64,000 bases of DNA from Takakia lepidozioides (GCA_030704615.1 CM060732.1:59768001-59832000); one strand, 5' to 3'. Shown: positions 26,155 through 39,950, counted from the first letter of the stretch. Notes: generated by a model from the letters alone, not told the origin. A program made the numbers and translations.

Positions 26155-28609
26155 CATCCCAGCACATGACGGATAAGAGATGTTGGTTTAAGTCCTACCG
26201 AGTAGTTCGACCTGGAAGCTGGAGCGTCAGAGTAGCAAATGACAACCTAGTCTGGGTGGCATGAGTAGGGGACATAGAGATTGTGTCTCTCCTTAATGGT
26301 ACCTGACAGAAAGGCATCATTAAAAACGTTCTTCATGTTCATAAACTAGGAAAGAATCTACTATCAGTTGGTCAGATAACCGACAGAGGAATTGTAGTTG
26401 TGTACCACAATAGCACTTGCTCTATGTTTTCTCCTACCAGAAGATTAGTCATGACAAGAGTTAAAGATGGTCAGTTGTGGCGCATGCACTTCAAAATAGT
26501 TCTCCCTATACAGACAACAAATCTAGTAGTTCTAGAGGACAAAGCCGAACCCGAACGCGATGAACTTGTGAAAAAGAGAAAAATGTCGGGACCTCCTGCT
26601 GAGAGTCTTAGTGTATGGCATGCTAGGCTTGGGCATGTTCACTATGACATGATGATAAAGACGAATCTCGAAAATTTGGTCACAGGCTTGCGTCTCAAAG
26701 AAACAAACACAGAGAAAGTTTTTTGTGAGAGCTGTGCTAGAGGTAAGAGTTGTAGAACACCATTTATCGTGAAAGAACAGAGAGAAAAAGCACCATTGCC
26801 TGGTGAATTTTATCATGCAGATGTTTGTGGTCCAATGAGCACTACATCTCAAGGAGGAGCTCGTTACTTTGTATCTTTTAAAGATGATTGCAGTTGTTAC
26901 AGGTTGTTGTACTACATCAAAAAAAAATCCGACGTTATGGAATGTTTCAAGAAGATGCAGCGAGAGTCCTTCAGGTCGACTGGGAATCGAGTCATCAAAT
27001 TACGGAGTGACAGAGGTGGAGAATTCATAAGCAAAGCTTTTAAGGAGTATCTTGAGACTGAGGGAATTCGTCAAGAACTCACCACACCCTATTCTCCATA
27101 GCAGAATGGGGTGGCAAAAAGGGACAATCGTACCCTTATGGAAAGTGTGCGTTGCATGCTTCTGGAGAAAGATATTCCGCTTTGTTTTTGGGGGGAAGGT
27201 GTACAGACAGCAGCATACCTAATGAATCGTGTTATAACTAGAACATTGAATGGGATGACACCACTACATGCATGGTCTAACAAGAAGCCTGATGTCACAC
27301 ATCTGAAAGTGTTTGGCTGCGATGCATTTGTTCACGTGCCTAAACAGCTTAGACAGAAGCTTGATCAAAGAGCACCAAGTGCATTTTTCTTGGATATTGC
27401 ACTGAAACAAGGGTCATAGACTGTGGGATCCAATTAAACAGAGAATTGTGATTAGCAGAGATGTACTGTTCAACGAAGGTTTGATGGGCTCTGAATTTGA
27501 AGCAGCTCCTATAGTATTGCCCAATGCATCGGAAACAGTGACATTCTGGCATAATTATGACAAAAGCTATGGAGAGGTCACAACATTCAGTTGAAAGAGT
27601 TTACAATGAAGCCGAAAGAGTCCCTGTCAACACCATTCCAGTGAATGACTTGGTGGTGGAGATACCACTTGAAGCTGCTGGGTCTGAAAGCGTCACTGTC
27701 AACACCATTCCAGTGAATGACTTGGTGGTGGAGTTGCCACTTGAAGCTGCTGGTTCACTAGGTGAAAGCAGTAATTCTAAGACTAGCTCTAGCACAGAAA
27801 GCAATGCTTCCTTGATGCAGTCAAACAGTGGGAGTACGATTGCAGAGCCAAAAATGTTCTTCAAGAGTTCACGGAATCCTCCGGAGAGGTATGGGGATTG
27901 GGTTTCTCTGCCAGAAACTTTTACTTCTTTTGCTGGAGCAGTGGGAGTTATTCTTGAAGAGCCTAAAACATATGAAGAAGCAATTTCTTTTGATCACCGA
28001 GAGCAGTGGGAGCAGGCAATGCTAGAAGAATACAAATCGCTCTTGGCAAATGAGACCTGGAAGCTTTGTGAACTACCTGCTGGCAGACAAGCAGTCAAAA
28101 GTAAATGGGTTTATAGAACCAAAATCAAAGCAGATGGGACCATTGATCGTTATAAGGCCAGAGTTGTAGCTAAAGGCTATTCGTAAACTCGTGGAGTTGA
28201 TTACGATCAAATGTTTGCTCCAGTAGCAAAATTTGACTCAATTCGTTCAATCCTATCCATTGCTGCAGTGGAAGATATGGAGATTGTTCAATTTGATGTC
28301 AAGAGTGCATTCCTGCATGGAAATCTTGAGGAAGAGATATACATGGAGCAGCCCTTGGGTTTCATAAAGGAAGAGGAGTCGAAATTGGTTTGTAAACTGC
28401 AAAAAAATATCTACGGCATTAGCAGGCATCTATGGCTTGAAATGCCGAGTTTAACAAATTTCTCACAATTCATGAGCTTGTATCCACGACAGCAGACCCC
28501 TGTGTATACGTGAGTCACAAGGAGCCAGTTCTGATCATATCGATTTACGTGGATGATGGTCTTGGTGCTTGCAAGACCAAAACCAAACTGGATCATGTCA
28601 TTAGTGATC
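26155..28609 (+). mobile_element. Ty1/copia element 2 (protease C-terminus, integrase, RT), degenerate and truncated at both ends
   Basis: SQHMTD, VWHARLGH, CESCARGK, HADVCGP, LRSDRGGEF, EPKTYEEA, YKARVVAKGYS, QFDVKSAFLHG, IYVDDG; ~72-bp tandem duplication at ~27620-27755. Confidence 0.9.
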
Positions 28610-28980
28610 CACTACTACAGATTAATGTTTTTATGACTACGAGTGATATAAACCTTGGTAACCATGACTATACATGTGACTGCGAGGTGATGAAACCCGT
28701 TGTTGGGCGCATTTTAATATATTTTAATCTAATGCAGTCATATGTTTTACTACATGATTAGGAGCCGCGGTAAAACATTGTTGACCATGAATATAAGCTT
28801 GGGTTATATAACTAGTAGTCATACACAATACTACACGTCAAACATGTGCCATATAAGCTTATGACTAAATGACTACACCAATACTACACATTGATGACAT
28901 GCCATAGAAGCTTATGACTAGATGACTACAGGAGGTTTCACAGCTCTGTTTATATGACTACATCACTACATGTGGCATCT
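28610..28980 (+). mobile_element. CACTA-type terminus with subterminal repeats
   Basis: CACTACTACAG begins exactly where the copia RT frame breaks; followed by many ATGACTAC/GTAGTCAT-like motifs in both orientations; the same motifs recur at ~34000-34190. The partner TIR was not found. Confidence 0.6.
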
Positions 28981-31554
28981 TAAGGCATATACATAAATGG
29001 GTTCATCCATTGGATGACCTCATCCATCTATCTTTAATGAAGCACTTGTGTCAATGGAATGACACAAAGTGCAAAAAGTTAAAAAATTCAAAAAGTTTCT
29101 TTAGGGTTGCCCACGTTCAGCCGTGAACACAGTGTAGTGTGAATGCAGGGGAGTGATATTGAAATTTTTGTTGTTACTTGTTCAGATTCTGCATTTCTAC
29201 AAGACAGGGGCTTTGATACCAGTGGGAAAGAAGTTGAGCTATCCCTGTGAGTTTATTTCATCCATTGAATGGACAGATTTTCTCCCTGATCTATCATCCC
29301 AACGATGGCGGAGTACTTCCATACTTTCCAGGTTATTTCAAGAGTTGAGAAAAGGATTTTCGCCTGGATGGAAGTGGGTAAGCTATGAAACAATGGATTT
29401 TTCATCCACTGGATGAATGAAGTTCATCCATGTTCTAGGAACATCATGGGAACGTTGGAACGCTCGACCAGGATATAGCCTAAGTACCTGCGATTTTCAT
29501 CCATCCATGATTTATCATCCATGAAGATGAACGTATGGTCATGTGTGTTTTTCATCCAAGAGATGAATGAACTTCATCTGTGAGCGATGGCGGGGAATGC
29601 CCTACGGGGTGCTATGAGCAGAAGAACGAGCAAGAGTGTGTGTAGCAGGGAGCGTAGGAAGGAAAACACTTAGTGGATTCTGCTGCGGGCAATAGAATGA
29701 GCAGGGAGAGTAGGCAGGGACACAAAGAGCAGATTCAGCTCTATGTTAATGGTACCGCCATCTTCTTGGTAATGATCGATTTCTGGGAGATTACCTTACG
29801 TACAGAACGTCGTGGCATGCGGTGCAGCAGTCAGTTAAGGGGCGATGCTTGGTAGGGTGTGCAGCTGCAGGCGGTGCTGCCTCTTTCGTTATGATGATTT
29901 GTTTTAGAAAGATCAAGTTACGGGGGAGACCACTTGGTGTGTTGTGCAAGTACAGGTGAAGGGAAGCGGTGCCGCACGGCTTTATGATTCTTACTTGATA
30001 AAGATGACCTCAAAGGAGAAGCAGAGTGGGTAATGAATCGGATCACATGTAAGATAGGGTTCGTAGGCATGTGAATATGCCGAGCAAGGCAATCTGTTTA
30101 TGACAAGACAGAACGAGTTCTCTGTGTTTTTTTTGTTTATCTTGCTGTAGGCCTCTGGTTAGAGGTAGTGATGAAGGAGATGAGGGCAGAAGGCAATGGC
30201 AGCATGGTAAATTGGGCTGCAACCAGTAGGAGATAAGGAAGGAAAGGGAAGCACAATAACCTAAGTGTGTGGTGTTGCCAAGGACTATGACAACGATGGA
30301 GTACTGGCGGGCATAACGGCTGAGCGATACCAACCTGTTTATGACGATCAGATGCGGGTAACATATTTCTGGTTTTGATTATAGTTTAGGCATGTAAATA
30401 GTAGTGGTGATGAAGGAAGGGGCGGAAAGGACTGGCGGTGTGGTGATCCGTGCTGTTGATCGTGGAAATTAGGTCCTGTCGAGTTGTTGAATTTATGACG
30501 GGCTGCTGAGGCGGTTGTGAAAGATTTTAGCACCATAGAGTAATGTATGATGTCTTTCTGGGTGCGCTAGTATGGCAGTGACAACGGCAGATGAGATCGA
30601 GCTGGCAGCAGAAGCGAGGAAGGGGGATGAACCGACAGATGGACATCCACCGCTTAAGGGAGGATATAAGAACAGCTAAGTGCGATGATTTGGAGGCTTC
30701 TTTTTCTTTTTACTTAGGATAGATGTTGTTGAAATTTCCGGTTGATGCTCTCAAGTTAGCATGAGGGAAATGATACATTTTTGAAAAATGGAATGGAGGG
30801 ACTGTCTGAACTTCAAACCAGGGAGATGTAGAGAGAAAGGGAGGTGATGGAAGTGTAGATTGGTATGCTGACTGAGGGGATTCAATTCTCCAATCCCTCA
30901 GTCACAGAGTGTGTTGTCTTGAGCTTGCTTTTCATATTCTGGTTCCAGCATTGTGAGTCTGGGATCAACTTTGCATTGGGGTTTTCATGCCAATAAGATC
31001 TGCAGAGAACTTGCTATAGGGTAGAAATAAGAAGGAGTTGCTGGATAGTATCATGGATTGGGAATGAGGGCTCTATCTGTCAAGAGTTAGGGTCTGGTAC
31101 AGCACCAGCATGCACCAAGTAGTGGGATGCATTTGGTGAATACTTTACAATCTGATGGTTGTTCATGCTTTACATATAGTTGCAGTAGGGATTCTCTTGC
31201 TTGATGTTGGGTTATCAGATGCATAGGGCCCTAGAAACTTATCAATGGGTGCCTGAGTGCAAGCTAAGGTCTTAATTTATTTGTGGGATGCACAGTACTT
31301 AGATAAGAAGGGGTAACTACTGACTGACAAGCTGATTGCTGCTGCAAATAGTCAAAGATAAGGAGGGACTCTGTTTTGGTGAGGAGACGGGACTAAGGAA
31401 GGATGTGGTGTATGCTTGTGATTTCAAGGATGATTTCTACAAAGGGCCCCACTGGATATCAAGAAGTAAACTTCTTTTGAGCCCATCACAAGTTTGCCTT
31501 CATTGGAATTGTCTCTCATCTTTCTTATTTCACACTGTAGCTCAACTTTAGGGC

Positions 31555-33420
31555 TGGAGACATGATACTGCCACTGTGACAACATGAAAGTATCCAAAAA
31601 CACGTAACAGAGATGAGGAGAAGCTGTGGATGAATACTTTTCTGACCCAAGTCAATGCTGGGACACCGAGGCAAAAGGTGAATGCTTGATACAGGAGAGT
31701 AGTAGACGCAATTCAGTATAGGAACTAGTGTAATAAGCTGAGTTGGGTGTTTTGTAGAACAAATCTAGCTGTCATTATCAGCTGCAAGAGACAAAAAGGT
31801 GAATGCCTGTTGGACTACAGAGAGAAGCAGATGCAATATAGAATTGGAACTACTATTATAAGAGGGCTTGGGTGTTTGTTGGAAGAACTTCACGCCGTCA
31901 GTGTCAGCTGCTAGTAGCAAAGCTGAGGATATATTTATGATTTGTACATAGGCAGGGATATATAGCTGAAGGACCAGGGATAGAGGTCCAGATTTATCCA
32001 AGAGGGCCAGATTCCAAACACAAGATTACTTATAATTCCCTGTGGATCAATAGCTACAAGTGGATAGATGGTCAACTGGAAACAGCAGCGGCAGCAGCAC
32101 AATTGATAGAACAAGGCACTGCTGATGAAGTTACCTTCTTCAACACATTTCGCCCTGTTTTTCCTGCTATCAGAGTCGTCCCTGAATTTTGATGTTGAAT
32201 TCTACAAGGTAGCTGAGGAGAAGCTCTGGAAGGAATACGTTTAAGACCCCAGTCAATGGTGGAACAATCGAGGCAAAAAGGTGAATGTCTGTTGGAAGCA
32301 GACGCAAATCAGCATAGGAATTAATGTGACAAGTAGGGTTGGGGTGTTTGCTGGAACAATTCTAGACTGTCATTGTCAGCTGCTAGCAGCCTATTGATAA
32401 AATCAGGCACTGGTAATCAAGGCACCTTCTTCAACACAATTCACCCTGTTTTTCCCTCTAATCGGAATCGGCCCTCATGTTGAATTCTGCAAGTTAGCTG
32501 GTTGAGTGAACCTTTGATAGTTTGGAGTGACTTTGACATGATACTGTCAATGTGACAACATGAAAGTATCCACATGTAACAAAGGCGAGGAGAAGCTATG
32601 GAATGAATTCTTTCTGACCCCAGTCAATGGTGAGACAATCGAGGCAAAAAAGTGAATGCCTGATGGATTACAGAGAGTAGCATATGCTATTAAGCATATG
32701 AACTAGTGTGGTAAGTAGGGTTGGGGTGTTTGCTTGAACAATTCTGGGCTGTCATTGTCAGCTGCTAGCAGCAAGGCAAGGATGTATGCATGATTTGTGC
32801 AGAGGTATGGATAGCTGAAGGGGCAGGGATAGAGTGTGGGTCCAGATTTCATCCAAGAGGGCTGGATTTCAAGCTCCAGATTACCTATAATTCCATATAA
32901 AATTAGGCACTGGTAATCAAGGTACCTTCTTCAACACAATTCACCTTGTTTTTCCCTCTAATCAGAAATCGATCCTAAATTTTCATGTTGAATTCTGCAA
33001 GTTAGCTGGTTGAGTGAACCTTTGATAGTTTGGAGTGACTTTGACATGAAACTGCCAATGTGACAACAGGAAAGTGTCCAAAAACAGGTAACAGAGACGA
33101 GGAGAAGCTGTGGAATGAATACTTTCTGACTCCAATCAATGGTGGGACAATCGAGGCAAAAAGGTGAATGCCTACTGGATTACAAAGAGTAGCAGATGCC
33201 ATTGAGCATATGAACTAGTGTGATAAGTTGAGTTGGGTGTTTCCTCTAGAGAACAAATCTAGGCTGTCATTGTCAGCTGCTAGTAGCAAAGCAAGGATGT
33301 ATGCATGATTTGTGTAGAAGCATGGATAGCTGAAGGAGCAGGGATAGAGTGTGGGTCCAGATTCATCCAAGAAGGTTGGATTTCAAGCTCCAGATTACCT
33401 ATGATTCCCTGTGGAAGGAT
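31555..33420. repeat. Degenerate tandem array, ~500-bp unit, about 3-4 copies
   Basis: CATGA(T/A)ACTG..TGTGACAACA..AAAGT at ~31561, ~32537 and ~33046, with shared downstream blocks (GAGGCAAAAAGGTGAATG, GTCAGCTGCTAG). Confidence 0.8.
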
Positions 33421-34739
33421 AGCTACAAGAAACCTACGTAGATGGTCAATTTCTTGTTGCGGTAGTGCTTAGCAACATCGTGCTTGAAGAATGAAGTATA
33501 TTTTGGGAATATATATAGGCAGACTAGTTGAAACACCATTTGAGTGTCTGATGTATTAACATCCAATATCGTTCGAAGGTGCAATGTCCTCTGAGGTTGT
33601 GTTGTGGTGTTTCTATGGATGACATGTTTGATTGTAGTTACGTCTTTCATGTTGTATCATGTTGTTGTTTCTGCCAGTCTATGCAACAGGGTTGGTGGTA
33701 GAATACTTTGCCACTCTTTGCAACTACCAACAGGGTTGGGGGTCGATTCGTTGGTCATTGAAAGATTAATGCATGTTCTCTTTCCCTGCATAGGGGTTGT
33801 GTCTTGGTATAGATGGCCTTTCCTCTTTGCCAATTGTTGTGCTTATGAGAGCTCCACAAAGTTAAATTTCATTTTAATTTAATTTAATTTAATATCTAAA
33901 TTAGTCATTTAAAATTAAATAACATTTAATAAATTGCAAAATCTACATGATCAACACGTGTCCGTCACACATGCTCCAACGAGACCACGTGCCATCTGTA
34001 TTGTTGTAGTGATATAGTCATACCCATAGTCGTGTAGTCATAAAGATATGACTACTCCACTGCACCATCAGGTGATGATTACATATGTCAATGCCCAAGG
34101 ATCCCACGTGTCACGCAGAGGCCTCTCCATGTAGGCGCAACGTTGTAGTGATTTAGTCGTAACCTCAGTCATAACTTTCAGTTGTGTAGTTATATTTGTT
34201 AACCCTATTTTAACTAATTCTAGACTTTTGGCTTAAATCCGGACCAAACTTAATATGTATTTGAATTAAAATTAATTCAAAATTTGTTAATAATATCTTG
34301 GATAGTGTGATTGAACTTTGTGAAATTACAAGTGATGTCATACTTGCTTAAAAATGTAACATATAAGATGTCCATTTGACATTGAAGTGCTTGTGAAGTT
34401 GCAGTGTAACTCAACAATTCATTGAACGTCGACTGGGAAGTCAAATGATGTAATATTACATTATGTTACAATCACAATAAACAAATGTGTCGAATCCAAC
34501 ATGGGATAGACTCATAGTACTCTATCATACTTAATATAAGTTGATAGTAATTTTGATTGAATCTTCATGTTGACAAGCACAATATTCATAGACAATGCCA
34601 TTGGAATGATGTATTGGGTGTGAGAGGGGCAGTAAAATATTAAAATAGCGTGAACATTAGGAAGATGACCTACTAGGGCAGTAAAATAAGGTTTGGGGTG
34701 TAACTAGATATATTAAGTGCAATAAGGTCCAAGTTTGTG

Positions 34740-35860
34740 GTGATTCGGAGAAGGGTTTAGGGTTTTAAAGGGTTTAGGATAGAAAGAGAGAAACAAATAT
34801 GGACGACTCTAAACCGAATATAAAAATGTAAGGGGAATTTGATATCTATGTAATCATTCTATCATACGTTATCCAACTTGAAAATTAAAGAAAACATTAA
34901 GAGAATGATACAAATTTTACAAGAGGTAACATGGTAGTACAAGAAGGTTTGGAGTTTATTATTAGTAGGGTACTACACTAAGGTTTTTGGTATATGGTAA
35001 AAGTAATGGTTTAGGGTGCTAAGGGTCACGCTTAAGCTTGGGGTAAGAATTATTAAGGGAAGGGTAAGGGTTTAGGGTTTGGATTTAGGGTAGAAAGAGA
35101 CAAACAAATATGTAAGACTCACACATGGTAGTACAATAACTTGGTTTGGAGTGTAAGTAGGGTAGTACACTAACATGGTTTTTGGTATATTATGGTAAGA
35201 GTACTAATGGTTTAGGGTAGTAAGTGTCAGGCTTAAGCTTAGGGTAAGGATTAAGGCCAGGATAAAGGAATGGGTAAGGATTTAGGGTTTGGATTTAGGG
35301 TAGTTCAAAAGGACAAACAAATATAGAAGACTCACACATGGTAGTACAATAACTTGGTTTGGAGTGTAAGTAGGGTAATACACTAACCTGGTTTTTGGTA
35401 TATGGTAAGAGTACTAATGGTTTAGGGTAGTAAGTGTCAGGCTTAAGCTTAGGGTAAGGATTAAGGCCAGGGTAAAGGAATGGGTTAGGATTTAGGGTTT
35501 GGATTTAGGGTAGTTCAAAGGGACAAACAAATATAGAAGATTCACACATGGTAGTACAATAACTTGGTTTGGAGTGTAAGTAGGGTAGTACACTAACCTG
35601 GTTTTTGGTATATGATAAGAGTAATGGTTTAAGGTAGTAAGTGTCAGGCTTAATCTTAGGGTAAGGATTAAGGCCAGGGTAAGGGTTTAGGGTTTGGATT
35701 TATGGGAGTACACAAAGGTTTTTTGTATATGGTAAGAGTAATAGTTTAGGGTACTAAGTGTCCGGCTTAAGCCTATGGAAGGGTTAAGAGAAGGGTAAAA
35801 CGAAGGGTAAGGATTTAGAGATGATGGTAAAGGTATAAATGGACAAACAAATATAGAAGA
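34740..35860. repeat. ~210-bp tandem repeat rich in telomere-like TTTAGGG
   Basis: CAAACAAATAT anchors at ~35101, 35314 and 35524, with partial units flanking; each unit has several TTTAGGG/TTAGGG. Confidence 0.85.
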
Positions 35861-36363
35861 CTCGCACTCACTAGAGCGAGACATTGCAAAAAAACATTTA
35901 GACCGGATTGGAAAAGAAAGAATCCAGGGGTTGTGCCAACATTTTTTTTTGGGGTGCATTGTTTGTTTTGTAAGCCAGAATCCCCCATGTCACGAATATA
36001 TGTAGATGAACAGAATGTACAGCAGTGCAGAGTCCAACACAGCAGAAGGAAAATAGATGAACGTCCACTGCCCACTCGAGGTTCATTGCGACAGAAAAAG
36101 AAGACATGAAGGATCACCCAACGCAAACACGAAGGGAAAGAAGCGTAAAGAAAATTTTATATCTTAAAATAAAAGACCGGAAATAACCTCAACATTTAGT
36201 CCATGGATGGAAAATGGTTTGCAAGAAGGAAACCTTCAGGTATCTGGCTGAAGGTTAGCAACCTCCAAATTCGCGCGCGCCTTCACTGCTTCCACCGCTG
36301 TAATTCTCTTGGTGCTATTTCTTGTCATATTTTTTCGTGGCGGCATTGTCCACACGACATTGT

Positions 36364-39300
36364 TCACGTGGATCCATTGAGCAGGATCTGACGGGTTGTA
36401 CTCCCAAACTTTTGACCAACAGTCCCTGTAAAGTCTGAGGGGTTACCTCTTTTCTTCGGTCTCCACCACTTCACCTTCACCTTCTTAAAATTAGGATCTT
36501 CCCTTTCTCGGATGACATCTGAAATTGCCATTCCCATCCAGATCGGGCACGTCGTTGGGTCATGAGGGCGAACGAGCACAAAAAACCCTTTCTCAATATC
36601 CTTGAACGGATTCAAGGGTATCCTTGGACGCTCACACCTAGGGCCACAGTAAGGTTCTGGAACTTCATCCTCATCTTCTTCCAGTATCTGTGGCTGGATG
36701 TCATCCCTCCGATGGTTTGAAAACCAATTTGTTTTCGGCGAAAATCCCTCAAGAAGCTGAATACGATCCGGAATGTCCTGCATTGGCTTATCAAGTTCGG
36801 CGAGAATATTTCCCCAGTATTGGTTATATTGTTCCATTACACCCCGGTAATGATCGTCAAGCAACATTCATTTGGTCCAAAAATCTTTGTATTTCTTAAT
36901 ACCATTTTTTATGAATGACTGTTTTTCTGAGGAGTCGTCCCCGACTCCCCATATCGGTCTTCTTGGAACGACATCTGGGTCTCCTTCAGGGAGATATGGA
37001 GTCCCATCAGGATTGGACTTCCACATCGTAACGCTGGAGTTTGTAGGAAGCCACTCCGAATCCGTAGCTGCTTCTTGTACTTCATAACGGGCCAGCCATC
37101 CGCATCTTTAAAAAATCGAAAGATGTGCATCTCTGAGATCCCCACCAAAGCCTCCTTTCCATCATCAATACAACCCTTAACAAACTTCTTGAAGTCGGAA
37201 ATCTCCTGTATGATTTGAGGAATGAATTGCATATCTTGGGGGATCATGAATGACCTCATCAAATCCGGAAGAATGTAGGTGTTGCGTTCCTTTAGCTTCT
37301 TCGAGAGATAGCTAAAGAATCCGTCAATATCCTCATGGATGTGCCCGACCATGAGAAAACCAAGCTGGATCTCTTCAAAGACATTTTTGGCAGTGAGGAA
37401 GGATATGAAAGCAAGCATCCATCTGTTCTTATTGTCCTTGGAGGAGTTGTCCATCTGCAAATAAAGTCGTCTAGGAAGTGGTCGAGCACCACGTTTATCG
37501 TGCGGCCTGCAGGGTTTCACAGCCTTCAAACATCTCGATTTATCTCTCATGAGCGTTTCAAAAAAATCATTTTGAACTTCAGTGTCGAAAATGTTCATGG
37601 ATTCTCGGCATGTCGGCTTTTCCAATTGGCGCAGGCACCGAGCCAGCGACACAATTGTGAAGTTTGAATTGTCTTTCCAAAAAAAGGAAAATTGAGCGTA
37701 AGCTCCATCTCCGTGTCCGTGCGTAACCATTCCTGTCAATGAGACAGGCAACTGACCCAATCCGGAGACCATCTTGTTCGTCGTCTGTATCCTCGAAATA
37801 GCCGTTTTCCTATGATCCATCTTATCATGAATAATACATAGGAACTCCTCCGGAACCATAACAGACTCATTCCTCCAGCTATGGTACAGCCTTCTGCATG
37901 ACTCTTGATGCCTCAAGTGCAAATCAAGCGCCCGCTTATGTGCGACCTGTTCGGAACTTCTCTTAATCGACTTCTTGATCAAGTCCTTGAACATCTCGCA
38001 TTCTGTGCACTTAGCAAAGGTGCTTCCTGTTTTCCGAACCTCCACGTTAGGAAGTATTCGATTCCGTATACGGCTTATAGCTGGCTGCGAGACTCCTTTC
38101 AAACCGAGCAGTCTGTTTGTCTGCACCCCAATTCCCCAACAATGTCAACATCCACTGGGCAGTGGAGGTTCTACAAAGTGGAAGAACAAGAAAGCATGAT
38201 GGCATCAAAAAGAATAAAATCATTCACAGTATTTTGAAAAACGAAAGGGGACAACGAATAAAAGTCACCTCGTTGGACTCCTCTCGAATTCTCTTCCAGT
38301 TCATTTCGGGTGGCAAAATTCTCAAAGTATCCCGACGTCCCTCTCCAATGCAACATGTTTTGTGAGGCATAAGGTCAGTATTGGCATTGATAATGGACAT
38401 AATGCTCCCCTCTGCCTGGAGTGTCCCTGGTCGCGGCCGCTTGACGCCACGATTTCCGTGGAAAGATGACAAACAACCCTCTTTACTGAGCTTTTTGTAC
38501 TCCATGTACGTTGACCTTCCAATTCCGTGTATTATCCACCATGCTTTCTCGCAAACATCAACACCTTCTATCGTAATATACCACCTGCGCGATGACCCAT
38601 CCATAATGTGAAGTCGTTTTGAAACATTCAATCCAAGTTCTCTCTTCTCATCGAATGACGAACCCCAAAATGCAGTACGAATTGCCAAGGTTTTTCTCCA
38701 ATCAAAATACTGGCAGCACTGAAGCTTGCAGCAAGGTTTGCTGCTCACCGACCTCACTTCATCCAAAGTGAGATTTTTCTTGCACCTTTTTGAGTCCTCC
38801 ATATTGGATGGATTTTTCTTCCTAGTAAAATGCCTGTATGCTGCTTTCAATACGCTTGTACCATGGTCGTCATTCTCCATGTCACTGCATGGTCGTAGGA
38901 AATTTTCGAGATCAACGGAGAGTATCCGGCCATTTTCAAGAAGTCTTGTTTTTGTTAACGGCCATTTCACAATCGACATGAGTGAACCGGACTCTCTAGA
39001 GATTGTTCTGGTGACCAGAACCCCAACATCGTCCTCTCCGAGTTTGTCATTCAGAATGATCTCGTTAGGAATGCATGCTTGAATTCGGCCTTTGAACAGG
39101 GCGTTTCCGTCCTCCCCAAGAAGAAGACACTGCAAGTTTCTCCAACATTCTCTCCCCAGACCTGCAGGCAGATCCCCCCCAGTCTCACCATTGGACGGAA
39201 TATCATTGCTTTTAGTGCTTTGTCCTTGATAATCACTACCTTCTGTGATGGAATGACATCCTGGGTTTCTCGGGGATGATGAATCCATAGTTTCATGCGT

Positions 39301-39490
39301 GCGAACACATGACACGTCCCACACAACTGGAGTCCCAATCGCCTCCTTCAATGTATCAGCATCCATGTGTCGATAAGGCAGAGGACATGAGCCGAATGCG
39401 TCATCACAAAAGATCAGGGTAACTGAAATGGTGGACGAACACAAGTGGTGTCCGTGGCAAGTTCCATCCCCAGAAACATTCAGGCCAACC
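36364..39490 (-). pseudogene. Intron-containing DDE-like transposase (DUF7869/Sola-like), frameshifted at the C-terminus
   Basis: Cys-rich CCKLQCC and VCEKAW; phase-0 GT-AG intron 38268-38121; CTEC..H zinc-like motif; IIHDKMD, LYLQMDNSSKDNKN, FLMVGHIHEDIDGFFS as a putative acidic triad. Family assignment is from recalled motifs. Confidence 0.65.
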
Positions 39491-39820
39491 ACTAGGCTAC
39501 AACTAGTCAGTCACTAGGCTGCCACTATGCTGTCCACTATGGCAGTCACTAGTCCACACAATCGCCCCCCTAGCTGGTGCTTAGGTCCCTCTAAGTCCAG
39601 GTAGCCACAAGATGTGATAGTGACCATAGCCTCACTAAGTCCTCTACCACTATCCCTACTACACTCAAACTCGATAGATGAAGAGGCTGGGTGCAAGAGT
39701 TGCCCCATCGTTAGTCGCCATCTTGCAACCTGTGAACTTGAGCTTGGGATCTCATGTATTGACTCCTATGAGCTTGGCCTCCCATGTCTTGTTAGCTGCC
39801 TCCAGTCATGTCCACTGCCA

Positions 39821-39950
39821 CTATCCCAAGCAGTGTGGACACAACCAATCTCCGTCAGGAACCTTCTCAAGAGGTGGTGTCAAGCATCCCATATGCCAAC
39901 CCCTTGGGCATCGATCACACACTAGCATTGGCAGACCCACAGAGCATGCA
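39821..39950 (-). pseudogene. PHD finger (C4HC3) at the integrase C-terminus
   Basis: Hand translation: CMLCGS/(small deletion, frameshift)/MLVCDRCPRGWHMGCLTPPLEKVPDGDWLCPHCLG*. Confidence 0.9.

Noticed and set aside
34740-35860. True telomere or interstitial telomeric tract
   Set aside because: TTTAGGG motifs are embedded in a complex ~210-bp unit, not a pure array.
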